This document shows, piece after piece, positions 8,470 to 17,340 of a stretch of DNA of 64,000 nt. Position numbers and translations under genes: made by a program. The notes under the pieces were generated by a model, which saw only the letters and a program-made list of their open reading frames with translations, had not been told where the DNA came from and did no database searches. Every line of letters starts with the position of its first letter. The stretch's first letter is position 1. Origin of the DNA: Bacillota bacterium (lineage in GTDB: Bacteria; Bacillota; Sulfobacillia; JAJZYS01; JAJYTV01); NCBI GenBank assembly GCA_021799275.1, contig JAJZAT010000018.1:661-64660 (forward strand), given 5' to 3'.

Positions 8470-9009
8470 GTGCCCACGGCGCGCCAGAACGCACTGCCGA
8501 AGGGCCTGACCACGATGTGGGACATCGGCACCTCGAGCCAACCATCCCGGGCTCGGCCCAACGTCACAGAGGGGCGCCGCGCACTCTCCCAGAGGGGGAA
8601 CCATTGCTCCACCGGGGCCAAGAAGATGCTGTTCACCGGCCACCAGGCGACTGCCAGGAACTCGGTGCCGTGGGGCTCTCCACACAACAGCACCCCTACG
8701 AAGTCCACCACAACGCCGACCAATCCCACGTCCTCCACCGCTTCGAGCCAGGGAGGAACATCGATAGTCGCCCCTCCTGAGCCGCCTCCTCTCATCGACC
8801 CGCACCCTCCGCAGCACTACCAGCAGAACCTGCAAGGCCAGATGCAGACGGCGGCAGGCTCGGCGGGGACCTCGCACAGGAAGACAACGGCTCTCCCGTG
8901 GTGGCCGTGGGCGGCAGGTGTCCTCATCGTTCTGGTCGTCGCAGTATGGCAGTACCGCTCTTGGCAGCGGCGCAGGCTCTACAATCTCGGGCGACCTGGG
9001 AGGCAATGA
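8470..9009 (+). CDS. Hypothetical membrane-anchored Ser/Thr/Pro-rich protein (5' end uncertain)
   Basis: S/T/P-rich linker, C-terminal TM plus basic tail; stop overlaps the next ATG. Confidence 0.45.
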   Translation: MPTARQNALPKGLTTMWDIGTSSQPSRARPNVTEGRRALSQRGNHCSTGAKKMLFTGHQATARNSVPWGSPHNSTPTKSTTTPTNPTSSTASSQGGTSIVAPPEPPPLIDPHPPQHYQQNLQGQMQTAAGSAGTSHRKTTALPWWPWAAGVLIVLVVAVWQYRSWQRRRLYNLGRPGRQ

Positions 9010-10169
9010 TGCGCTGGCGCTGGATATCCGCTCTCGGAGCGTTGGCCGCACTCGTGCTGGCGCTGCCGACCGCGCAAGCCCAAGACATTCCGATGTACGA
9101 CGTGACCACGACGAGGCAACGGGTCGTGGTCGATCCGTCCGTAGGGCAGCACCAGTTGTACCTGTCGATGCCGCTCATCCTGGGCCACGAATCTGGCGAG
9201 GCCAGTCTTTCCACGCCCACCGTGATCGGCCAAGACCTCTATCAGTACACCTACCAAGGCAGCACCGGCATCCTCCGTCAGTGGCAGTTACCGCAGGAGA
9301 ATGCGGGTTCTCTCCTGCAACACTACGCGGGCGTGAATCTGCCGAGCAGCGTGTCAGCGAACGCCCAACTCCTGAACCATCTCCCCTTCTCGGTGGGCAC
9401 CTACAGTGCGGCAGGGCAGGATTCCCTCGCGACCAACGCCGGCTGGCAGGCCATCGCGGTCGGCCAGTACCTCTATTGGTGGCGTGACGGAACGTGGCCG
9501 AGCAGCGCGAACGCCGCCGCCCATGTCCACATCTACGGCAACCCGAACGACACGCTCAATCAGGTGGATATGAGCCCCCTGATAACGCCTCCTATCAAGG
9601 TCGACGTCCTCGACGCTGGCGGTAACGAGACCACCGTCACCACGCCAGTCGCGGTCGCTTGTTCATGGAACGGCGGGTGTGCCATGCAGCCGCTTGGCTT
9701 GCCTGCGAGCGACTGGGTGCTCTACCAGAACTACTACACCACCAGGGACTACTCGAACGATGGCGGTGCAGCGATCACCTCCGACCCCACCTACATCCCG
9801 TCCGAACCTCTCTTTGATGGGCATCCAGCCGTGGTCTTCGGGATCGCGTCGCCTTCGCACCCTCGGTTTGAGATGATCGACCTCACCACAGGGCAGTATC
9901 GCGCCGTGGGCGTCGGGACGATCAGCGGTCAGGTGGCCGACACCGTCGTCTATGACCAGAGCGCTAACTTATTGATTGCCCAGGACATCTGGGGTGCGCT
10001 CTACGTGCTCAACCTTCACGGCGCACGCGAGGGAGTCTGGGGTGGCGCGGGTTGGATCAATGAGCCGAGTCCAATCCTGGGGCAGGATATGAGCTTTGAC
10101 CCCAAAACCCAACGGATCCTTGCAATAGGTGGCGGGGGCACCACTCTCGGCATGTTCACGGACATGTAG
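9006..10169 (+). CDS. Secreted beta-rich surface protein, probably 3'-truncated
   Basis: Signal peptide MRWRWISALGALAALVLALPTAQA; ends abruptly at a strand-switch junction. Confidence 0.6.
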   Translation: MMRWRWISALGALAALVLALPTAQAQDIPMYDVTTTRQRVVVDPSVGQHQLYLSMPLILGHESGEASLSTPTVIGQDLYQYTYQGSTGILRQWQLPQENAGSLLQHYAGVNLPSSVSANAQLLNHLPFSVGTYSAAGQDSLATNAGWQAIAVGQYLYWWRDGTWPSSANAAAHVHIYGNPNDTLNQVDMSPLITPPIKVDVLDAGGNETTVTTPVAVACSWNGGCAMQPLGLPASDWVLYQNYYTTRDYSNDGGAAITSDPTYIPSEPLFDGHPAVVFGIASPSHPRFEMIDLTTGQYRAVGVGTISGQVADTVVYDQSANLLIAQDIWGALYVLNLHGAREGVWGGAGWINEPSPILGQDMSFDPKTQRILAIGGGGTTLGMFTDM

Positions 10170-10249
10170 CGGTCGCTCTCCGCGTCACTGTCAAACATCG
10201 GGTTCACTCCCTTCGCGACTTTCGTGGGGGATCGGTTTCATGGGAGCCG

Positions 10250-10378
10250 TCACCTCCGTCGCGTGAGCAGCCGGCCACCGAGCCAGAGGACGCTCATCGC
10301 GACAAAGAACCATGCCCACGGCCTGCCCAGATGCGCGAGGTCGTAGACGAGCCAGCCGAGGTGGTAGAAGGTCCACAC
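10250..10378 (-). CDS. Small hydrophobic protein (42 aa)
   Basis: MWTFYHLGWLVYDLAHLGRPWAWFFVAMSVLWLGGRLLTRRR, immediately after the transglycosylase stop; not in the ORF track. Confidence 0.4.
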   Translation of the reverse strand: MWTFYHLGWLVYDLAHLGRPWAWFFVAMSVLWLGGRLLTRRR

Positions 10379-10381
10379 GGG

Positions 10382-11443
10382 CTAGCCGCCTCCCTTCTCG
10401 GGCTCGATCGTGATGCTGGCCGTGGCGCTGTGCCCGCCGGGCCACCTGGCGGTGACCCGGTAGGTGGCCGATCCTCGCACCCGGATGGCGAACGCCTGCT
10501 CACCCGGCCAGAGCGGCGCGTCTTGCGGGGACAGCGCCATGGGGCGGCCGTTCGCGGTGACGGAAGCGGGCAGGGTTAGGTCGCGGCCGGTGAGCGGGTC
10601 ATGCTGCCGAACGCAGGTGGTCACAGGCTTGCTGGTCTTCGGGTCTGTAGCGGTCTTGCAGACCGTCTTGCCAGGCTTCCACGGTACCGAGAACCTCGCG
10701 CCATAGGGGCCTGCCGCCGCGACGACGAGCCAGACCTGCTGACTCCTCCGCGCCTCCCACTGGTCGTTGCGGTAGTCCGCCGTGCTCCACACGGCGATGG
10801 TCGGGCCCGCCTCGTAGGCGGTGAGGTAGGATCGAACCGACTCCGGGTAGGCGGCGTCGAACGAGGCCTGGCCGCCAGAGCCCGAATTGTACGCCTCCAA
10901 GGCGAACTTGAGGTACTTGTACTGCCGCAACTCGGCCTTCAGCTGGCCAACGCCGGCGGCGATGTTCTTGCCCGGGTCGAACGGATCTTGAGCGATGCCG
11001 AGGGACTGCCACTTCGCGGCCTTCTCGGGTGCGGGCCACCCTCCCGAGTTGATCTGCATGAGCCCCGCATCTTCGGAAAGCGTCTGCGTGCCGGGGTAGG
11101 CCTGGCCGCACTGCTCGCTGGCAGACAGCCCATCAGTGCAGTTGAAGTTCACGGCCAGCACCTGTCCACCGCTCTCGTGCGCCATGACGGCCATGACAAG
11201 CACGTTCGGCAGGCTTAAACCTGTGATCGCAGGCTTACCAAGCCAGAGCGCCGGCCTCGCCTCCGCCGTGCCGATCGGCGGCACCGTCGAGTCCGTGCCG
11301 GTTGCCCCACCGCCCAGGAAAACGGCGATCGCGGACATGAAGATCACGAACAGGACGATGAGCAGCAGCGGCAGCCCGAGCCCCGCACCGATCACCCAGC
11401 GCAGAGCCTTGTTGCCGCCGACCTGCAGGGCCTCCCTAGCCAA
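10382..11443 (-). CDS. Lytic transglycosylase (VirB1-like, SLT domain)
   Basis: AHESGG, AGLMQIN, EAYNSG motifs; N-terminal TM. Confidence 0.85.
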   Translation of the reverse strand: MAREALQVGGNKALRWVIGAGLGLPLLLIVLFVIFMSAIAVFLGGGATGTDSTVPPIGTAEARPALWLGKPAITGLSLPNVLVMAVMAHESGGQVLAVNFNCTDGLSASEQCGQAYPGTQTLSEDAGLMQINSGGWPAPEKAAKWQSLGIAQDPFDPGKNIAAGVGQLKAELRQYKYLKFALEAYNSGSGGQASFDAAYPESVRSYLTAYEAGPTIAVWSTADYRNDQWEARRSQQVWLVVAAAGPYGARFSVPWKPGKTVCKTATDPKTSKPVTTCVRQHDPLTGRDLTLPASVTANGRPMALSPQDAPLWPGEQAFAIRVRGSATYRVTARWPGGHSATASITIEPEKGGG

Positions 11444-11483
11444 GTCGCGCTGTTCGTCCGTGACGCGTCACCTCCTTCCATCG

Positions 11484-11517
11484 AAAAAGCCTCCCGGGCC
11501 AGAGGGCCCGAGAGGCT
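11484..11517 (-). terminator. Intrinsic terminator
   Basis: AGCCTCTCGGGCC CTCT GGCCCGGGAGGCT TTTT. Confidence 0.7.
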
Positions 11518-11553
11518 CATGGGGTTTCTGCGCGAATCGTGGCTATTCTGTGG

Positions 11554-12327
11554 TCACAGTTCGAGATCCCCATCGCGCGCAGGCTTGCGAGGCGGAATAC
11601 GGCCTGCTGGACGGTTGGGCGGCGCGGAAGATTCTCGCGCCGGGCTGCTACTGAGGACCCTGGAGACGACGCCCACTTCCGGGATGTGCCGCACCTCCGT
11701 CGACGCCCGTACCAGTGCAGCCCGCTCCGCAGACCCCACGGTGTCAAGGTTGCCGTCGCCGAAATAGGTCAGTGCCCGGAGACTCTCGGTGGGTTGGAAG
11801 GATACGCCGTAGAGCGCCCGCGCCGCACCGAGGCCCTCCGGGAGGTTCATGCCTGCCCGGAGCAGCGCAGCGAGATCCCGGTAGTCCTTTGCCTCGGCCC
11901 GTTGCGTGATGACCGCCAGCTTGGTTGCCATGAGATCGAGCAGCGACGCCACCTGCAACACGCCGTCGCTGCTGATGTCAGGCTCGCCGACGCGTCCGAA
12001 CTGCATGCCGCCGAAGAATGAAAGGTTCACGGGCGCATCTGCTCCGGAGTCGGAGGTCGATTGCAGAGACACCGAGAGGGTGTCCGGCCGGTCCAGAAGG
12101 GTTGCAGCTGGACCCAAGGGCGCGAGGGCTGCCCGCAACGTAGCCTTGTCCAGTGGGCGGTCGCTGAAGAAATCGAAATCGACCGATTGGCGGTTGCCGA
12201 GTCTCAGGGCGATGGCCGTGCCTCCGTAGAGGACGAAGCCCAGACGGGTCACCGGTTGCAGTCCGGGCCACACACGCCGCTGCTGAGCGGGCAGCACCTC
12301 GAAATGCGGTGTGAACGGTGCACTCAT
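11554..12327 (-). CDS. AbiEii/AbiGii-family nucleotidyltransferase toxin
   Basis: LYGGTAIALRLGNRQSVDFDFF and TKL...R...KDYRD motifs. Confidence 0.85.
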   Translation of the reverse strand: MSAPFTPHFEVLPAQQRRVWPGLQPVTRLGFVLYGGTAIALRLGNRQSVDFDFFSDRPLDKATLRAALAPLGPAATLLDRPDTLSVSLQSTSDSGADAPVNLSFFGGMQFGRVGEPDISSDGVLQVASLLDLMATKLAVITQRAEAKDYRDLAALLRAGMNLPEGLGAARALYGVSFQPTESLRALTYFGDGNLDTVGSAERAALVRASTEVRHIPEVGVVSRVLSSSPARESSAPPNRPAGRIPPRKPARDGDLEL

Positions 12328-12668
12328 GCTAATGCCCGCCGTGGCAGCGGCGGGACGGCGCCGAGGTCACAGAGGCCGAGGCGATAGTGCCAGTAGTGCC
12401 AGGAGCGCTCGTCGAACCAGCCGGCTTGCGCATGGGTAACCACGTCGCGCAGCATCGCGTCGCCCAGGAGCCGCGCGATCCGCTCGATGTCGTCGAAGTC
12501 GCCCATGTTCATCGTCCTGGCAATCACCCGTTCAGGGTAGATAGCGGCTTCTTCCGGCGTCTCCCACCAGACGTAGCGCGCCACGATGGCCCGCCAGGTC
12601 TGGTCGTCGATGCGACCCCGGATGAACGCGAAGCTGGACGGTTTAGCCGTCTGTTCCAGTCGGGACAC
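12324..12668 (-). CDS. Putative antitoxin (DUF6922-like) paired with the AbiEii toxin
   Basis: YVWW...RVIARTMNMGDFDD...SWHYWHYRL; ATGA overlap with the toxin; upstream TATACT -10. Confidence 0.7.
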   Translation of the reverse strand: MSRLEQTAKPSSFAFIRGRIDDQTWRAIVARYVWWETPEEAAIYPERVIARTMNMGDFDDIERIARLLGDAMLRDVVTHAQAGWFDERSWHYWHYRLGLCDLGAVPPLPRRALA

Positions 12669-12733
12669 ACGGGGCACCCCCTTGTGGCGAGTATAGCCTA
12701 AGAGAACCTGCCAGACCGGAAAATCCAAGAGTC

Positions 12734-12928
12734 TCACGCTAGCTGCTGCACAGTCCGACTCCGGCGCCGCTGGGCCAGCGCGGCCCGCGCCGCACGGCGC
12801 CTCTGCAGAGCGGCAAGACGCCGCAGCGCGCCTTCGGCGGCTGCAAGCGAACGACTGCCGCGGCTGCGCAGCAGGCGCACACGGTCCTGAAGCGCCACGA
12901 TGGCCTCCACGAGGTCGGCGTCCGTCAT
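12734..12928 (-). CDS. Small basic helical hypothetical protein
   Basis: 64 aa, GGGGGTG RBS. Confidence 0.5.
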   Translation of the reverse strand: MTDADLVEAIVALQDRVRLLRSRGSRSLAAAEGALRRLAALQRRRAARAALAQRRRSRTVQQLA

Positions 12929-12942
12929 GCGATCACCCCCAG

Positions 12943-12985
12943 CAAAGGCAGCAGCCCTCCCCGGCCGTGTTGGCCTGGGAGGGCT
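12943..12985 (-). terminator. Terminator-like hairpin after virB4
   Basis: AGCCCTCCCAGGCC AACAC GGCCGGGGAGGGCT. Confidence 0.45.
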
Positions 12986-13091
12986 CAGTCTCGCTGTTCA
13001 GCGGTCGCGGCGCCAGGGATCGGCGCCCATAGAAGGGCAGTACGGTGGCTCCACGCGCCGACGCAACGAGGTAGCCATCCAACCGGATCGG

Positions 13092-14879
13092 TTAGCCGTA
13101 CATGAGCGCCGTCTCGTGCGGCGCCGTGTCGATCTTGACCCACGCGCGGTGATTGCCGGCAATCAGGAGGCCCTCGCCGCGCCGTGCACCGCGCAGCTTC
13201 TCCTGCTCGGCCTCCGAGAGCCGGAAGAGCGCGGCGACAGTCGGCAGGTCCTTCGCCTCCTGGCGCAGGAGGATCTTCGTCGAGGCGTTAGCCAGCACAG
13301 GCTCGCCCTCACGAGCCACCTCGGGCGCCAGAAAGTCGACGGCGTTCTGGGTGACGACATTCACCGAGCAGCCATACTTGCGCGCGCGCTTGGACATGCG
13401 CTTCAAAAACCCGAGCGCCTGCGGCACGTTCGGATCGACCAGCATCCACGCCTCGTCCACGACGAGCATCTTGCGCTCGCTGCGGTCCCGACGGATGAGA
13501 TCCCAGGCAAAGCCGAGCACATTGGCGTACTGGGCGCGCTGCACGTTTTCGGGCGCGTTGTCGAGGTCATGGATGTCGAGCACCACGAGGTCGGCATCCG
13601 GCATGGCCACGCTCGGCCCGGCCCAAAGCCCGGCATCGGTGCCAATCGCGGCATCCTCCAAAAGTGCGGCCAAGCCCTGCCACTCCGCACCCTCCTGGCG
13701 CTCGGCGTAGGCATGGAGGTGACCGACATGCGGCCATGCGTCAGGTGCGATGGTGGCCGGGTCGGCATGGAGGGGAATCCCGGCCTCGTCGTACACGGCC
13801 CGAATGGCGCGGGCGAGCAGAGCCTTCTGCATCTCGGTGAGGCCGGGAAGGTAGAGGTCGAGCACGAGGCGCACGCGCTGGATGTGCTGTGCGATGGCCA
13901 GGACGTTCGCATCTTCGTCTTCGTCATCCTCTCGTGGAAGAGGCGGCGCCTGTAGCAGATTGATGCGCTGTCCGCCGCCGCCGGCGTTGACCCAGGCGCC
14001 GTGCAGCTCCCGGCAGAGGTGACGGTACTCGCGCTCGGGGTCGATAATCACGACCCGCACGCCCATGGCCCAGAGGCGCAGAATGAGGAGCTTCATCGCG
14101 TGCGACTTGCCGACGCCAGGCGTCGCAAGCACGGTTACGTGCTGGTTTGCGATCCCGGCATCCGGGGGCGGGGCAAAGGTGTCGAGCAGCACCAGGCCGC
14201 CCGAGGTGTCGTGCCCAAGCACGACGCCGTGGCCGTGGTTGATGCCGCCCGAGGAGAACGGGAAGCTCGCCGCGAGCGTCTCGGCGGGAAGCTGGAACGG
14301 CGCGGTGCCTTGCAGCTCCTTGGGGAAGAGGCCCCAGGGACCGACCGCCCTCATGCCGTCCTCCTGCTTGAACGCGAGCGGCCGTGCGCGCATGCCAGCC
14401 GCGGCGAGCATGCCTTCGAGACGCTTGCAGCGCCGCAGGCCCGTCGCCTCATCGGGCGCCGTGACGAGGGCGAACACGCCGACGGTGAATACGCTCTGCT
14501 GCTCCTGGTCGATCTTGCGCAGCAGGCCCTGGGCGTCCTGGATCTGCTGCTCCATACGCTGCTGCGAGATGGCCGAGCCGCCCTGCGCGAGCTGTCCCGC
14601 GAGCAGGGAGATCGCGCGGCTCATGGCGAGGGTGATCTGCGTCGGGTCGGTCGGCAGGGCGTGGACGGAGAGCGTCACCCCTTCGAGGTTCGCCACCGTT
14701 GCGAGCCAGCCGGCGTCGACGCTCGGTGGGAAGCTCGCCACGGTGTAGACGCGGCCCCACTGGGAACCGAGATCCACGGCCCTGCGCTCGAAGAGCAGGG
14801 CCTCGGGCGCGAAGGCGTTGCGCAGCGCGGCGCCCGGCGTTGCCGTGGTGGTCGCATGCTTCTTGGGCACGGTAGTCAC
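13092..14879 (-). CDS. VirB4-like conjugation ATPase
   Basis: Walker A ATPGVGKS, IIDPEREY, VVDEAW, RARKYG...TQN motifs. Confidence 0.92.
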   Translation of the reverse strand: MTTVPKKHATTTATPGAALRNAFAPEALLFERRAVDLGSQWGRVYTVASFPPSVDAGWLATVANLEGVTLSVHALPTDPTQITLAMSRAISLLAGQLAQGGSAISQQRMEQQIQDAQGLLRKIDQEQQSVFTVGVFALVTAPDEATGLRRCKRLEGMLAAAGMRARPLAFKQEDGMRAVGPWGLFPKELQGTAPFQLPAETLAASFPFSSGGINHGHGVVLGHDTSGGLVLLDTFAPPPDAGIANQHVTVLATPGVGKSHAMKLLILRLWAMGVRVVIIDPEREYRHLCRELHGAWVNAGGGGQRINLLQAPPLPREDDEDEDANVLAIAQHIQRVRLVLDLYLPGLTEMQKALLARAIRAVYDEAGIPLHADPATIAPDAWPHVGHLHAYAERQEGAEWQGLAALLEDAAIGTDAGLWAGPSVAMPDADLVVLDIHDLDNAPENVQRAQYANVLGFAWDLIRRDRSERKMLVVDEAWMLVDPNVPQALGFLKRMSKRARKYGCSVNVVTQNAVDFLAPEVAREGEPVLANASTKILLRQEAKDLPTVAALFRLSEAEQEKLRGARRGEGLLIAGNHRAWVKIDTAPHETALMYG

Positions 14880-14911
14880 TCCTTCCTGATAATCACCGAG
14901 GGTTCAGCAAC

Positions 14912-14936
14912 AGAGAAAGCCGCCCGTCTGGGCGGC
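14912..14936 (-). terminator. Intrinsic terminator downstream of the ICE tRNA
   Basis: GCCGCCC AGAC GGGCGGC TTTCTCT. Confidence 0.6.
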
Positions 14937-14947
14937 CTCGTTGAATT

Positions 14948-15023
14948 TGGCAGGGCCGGAGGGAGTCTCACCCTCGTCCTCCGGAGTTGGAATCCGGCGC
15001 TCTGATAGCTGAGCTACGGCCCG
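14948..15023 (-). tRNA. Non-canonical tRNA-Trp(CCA)-like gene
   Basis: 76-nt cloverleaf CGGGCCG TA GCTC AGCTATCA GAGC G CCGGA TTCCAAC TCCGG AGGAC GAGGG TGAGACT CCCTC CGGCCCT G CCA. Confidence 0.8.
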
Positions 15024-15053
15024 GCACGCCAGCTTACGATCCGGCGCACCCTC

Positions 15054-15082
15054 AAGATATGGGCGAGCCGGGGCGGTGTCAA
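15054..15082 (-). promoter_or_regulatory. Sigma-A promoter of the ICE tRNA
   Basis: TTGACA-N17-TATCTT. Confidence 0.75.
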
Positions 15083-15090
15083 CCAGGCGC

Positions 15091-15743
15091 TCATCCAGCC
15101 ATCCCCCGTTTGAGCATGGGCGGCAGCCGCAGCCCGTCGGGCACGCTCTCGACGGCCGCCTGCCCGCCGTGGAAGGCAAGGAAGAGAAGCTCGCGCCAGT
15201 CGGCTTCCGACATGACGCGCGCCTGCATGCCGGGCGCGCGACCGAGGTCGTCCGCGAGCGCCTGAAGAGACGTGCGGTGCTCGCGCACCGCATCGGGCCC
15301 AGTGCGTGTCACGAGGATGCAGTACTGGCGCTCCACGGCCTCCCCGGAGCGCATGAGCCCATGCACCCAGCCGAGATAGTCGCGCAGCACCGCCTTGCGG
15401 CGCGCGTCTGCGTTTGCGAGCATGCCGTCGAGCGCGGCAAGGTAGGCGTCGAGGTCGACGGGCCGGAAGAGCGAGAGAATCTGAAACGGAACCTCAACCC
15501 GTTCAGCGCCGCGTGGACGGCTCCGACGATGGCCCGCGTCTCGTTCTCGCTCTTGAGCTGCAGGCTCAGCGGCGACACGGCGATCCCCCCGACCGCCGCC
15601 TCGTCCGGCCGGATGAGGCAGCCCTCCCGCAGGTCCGCGAGGGGAAGCCAGTCTTGCGCGGCTTGACGGGACGGCAACGCCGCGTTGTCGGGTGCGGGGC
15701 CGGATGCCTTCTTGGCTCGCAGCAGTGCCGGGAGCTTCATCAC
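15091..15743 (-). pseudogene. Conjugation protein (VirB4-adjacent), frameshifted near 15495
   Basis: ...AQDWLP...ALNGL continues in another frame as EVPFQILSLFRPVDL...; sequence reads ttg ag gtt where ttg gag gtt is expected. Confidence 0.7.
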
Positions 15744-16060
15744 GCGTCATCCCTCCCGAAGTCGTAGGGGTAGAAGTGGCGGGTCCGGCCGTAGGCCCGC
15801 GCGCCCTGGAGCATGTCGAGCATGGAACCACCCGTCGCCATGGGCATGGCCAGGCCGGCGCCGCCACCCGCGGGCAGCAAGAGGAGCAATGTCCTGCCCG
15901 CGATGCCCCAGCCCCCGCCGCTCGGCAGGAGAAGGGACAGGAGGAGCAGCACGACGCCGATCCCAAGGCCGACCCCGGCCGCGCCGAGTTCGCGCCAGCC
16001 CCAGCCGGGCAGGATCTCCCAGCGCTGCGTGATGCGGCGCGGGATGAGGTAGCGGCTCAC
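15740..16060 (-). CDS. PrgI/VirB3-like membrane protein
   Basis: YLIPRRI...GWGWREL plus two TM helices, position upstream of virB4. Confidence 0.65.
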   Translation of the reverse strand: MSRYLIPRRITQRWEILPGWGWRELGAAGVGLGIGVVLLLLSLLLPSGGGWGIAGRTLLLLLPAGGGAGLAMPMATGGSMLDMLQGARAYGRTRHFYPYDFGRDDA

Positions 16061-16347
16061 CTGCCGTCACGCTCTTGCGGGTCGAGGGGTAAGCGCCGCC
16101 CATCTGCCCCGAACAGCCGGTAGAGCCGGGGGTTGCCCCGGCTGCCCTGGTAGCAGTCGGGGCAGTGGACCGTGCCGGAAAAGTCGCGGGCAAAGGCTGC
16201 CTCCGTGTCCGCAGAGGCCCGCCACTTCATGCCGCAGGACGGGCAAGTACCGTGAATGCGTACGCGGCGCAGGCGGATCGCCTCGCCGATCGCGAGCGAC
16301 TGTGACGCTGGAGACCGAGGATCTGCGAGGTCCTTCATCGACGGCAT
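16057..16347 (-). CDS. Small zinc-ribbon protein
   Basis: CPSC and CPDC pairs; translationally coupled within the transfer operon. Confidence 0.6.
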   Translation of the reverse strand: MPSMKDLADPRSPASQSLAIGEAIRLRRVRIHGTCPSCGMKWRASADTEAAFARDFSGTVHCPDCYQGSRGNPRLYRLFGADGRRLPLDPQERDGR

Positions 16348-16350
16348 AGC

Positions 16351-17274
16351 TCAACTGCCTCCCCGCCCGAACAGTCCCATGATCGCCCTGGCGCCGCCAC
16401 CCTGGTTGAGCACGACGCCACCGACGTAGCCGCCGGCGCTCGCAAAGCCGCTGCGGTAGCTCCACTGCTGCAGCAGGTGCGGTCCACGCACAGTCGCCCA
16501 GGCCCAGCCGAGCATCAGCAGGATGACCAGGAACATCTCCGGCGTCGCGGCAGCCGCTGCTCCGGCCGAGGTGGCGATGCCGTCCATGAGCGGCTGGACC
16601 GAAGCCAGCATGCCTTTGAGGCCGAGCCACTGGACGGCCTGGGACAGGGAGAGTACGACGAGCCCTCGCCACCAACTGCTCCACACCCCGCCGTCGCGGT
16701 TGAACTGGCCTAGAGCCACAATCGGCGCAGCCACAACGTAGTACACGAGTTCCGCCGCCCGCACCGCCATCTGCAGGGTCACGATGATGATGGCGACGAC
16801 CGCACCCACGACGCCGAACAGCAGAAAGAGCACTGTGCCGATCACCACGCCTGGCGCGGATGCGATGTCCGTCACGAGCGCGTGCGCGACATGCACACTG
16901 GACGCCATTGGCGCGGACATGTAGGCAGCCGCCAACTCGATCCCGAAGTTGAACACGCCATAGGCGAGGGTGGTGCCCGCCAGCCCGTAGAAGGCGACAC
17001 GCATGAGCCCTTTGCCGAGCGTGCCGGTCACGTCGCTGGATGATCCCTCATTCCACAGCACGTACTCCGTGAGCGCCCGATACGTGAGGTTCAAGAGCAA
17101 GAGCCCGCCCGTCACCGCCACGGAAACGTCGATAACCCCCTGTACCCAGGGCTGCTGCGCCACCGTGAGACTGTAGTGTGAGATGCCAGACAGCACCTGC
17201 GCCAGCAAGCCGAGGGCGCCCGAAAGAATGCCTTGGATCATCGCTGAGAGGCCGCTCATCACGAGACCGCCCAC
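16351..17274 (-). CDS. VirB6/TrbL-like polytopic conjugation membrane protein
   Basis: Multi-TM, RAAEL...VAAPIVA...WSSWWR...SQAVQ pattern; GGAGG RBS. Confidence 0.8.
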   Translation of the reverse strand: MGGLVMSGLSAMIQGILSGALGLLAQVLSGISHYSLTVAQQPWVQGVIDVSVAVTGGLLLLNLTYRALTEYVLWNEGSSSDVTGTLGKGLMRVAFYGLAGTTLAYGVFNFGIELAAAYMSAPMASSVHVAHALVTDIASAPGVVIGTVLFLLFGVVGAVVAIIIVTLQMAVRAAELVYYVVAAPIVALGQFNRDGGVWSSWWRGLVVLSLSQAVQWLGLKGMLASVQPLMDGIATSAGAAAAATPEMFLVILLMLGWAWATVRGPHLLQQWSYRSGFASAGGYVGGVVLNQGGGARAIMGLFGRGGS

Positions 17275-17291
17275 ATGATCACCTCCGTACA

Positions 17292-17335
17292 ATGAGAAGG
17301 CCCGGCGAGGGACGCTATGTCCTCCCGCCGGGCCT
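17292..17335 (-). terminator. Terminator-like hairpin after the pilin gene
   Basis: AGGCCCGGCG...CGCCGGGCCT TCTCATT. Confidence 0.5.
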
Positions 17336-17340
17336 GGCCG

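Noticed and set aside
8424-8700. Possible third inversion or frameshift at the start of the membrane-anchored gene
   Set aside because: I could not find junctions that restore a convincing ORF
14904-15293. 129-aa minus-strand ORF
   Set aside because: Overlaps the frameshifted transfer gene and the promoter-tRNA-terminator cassette
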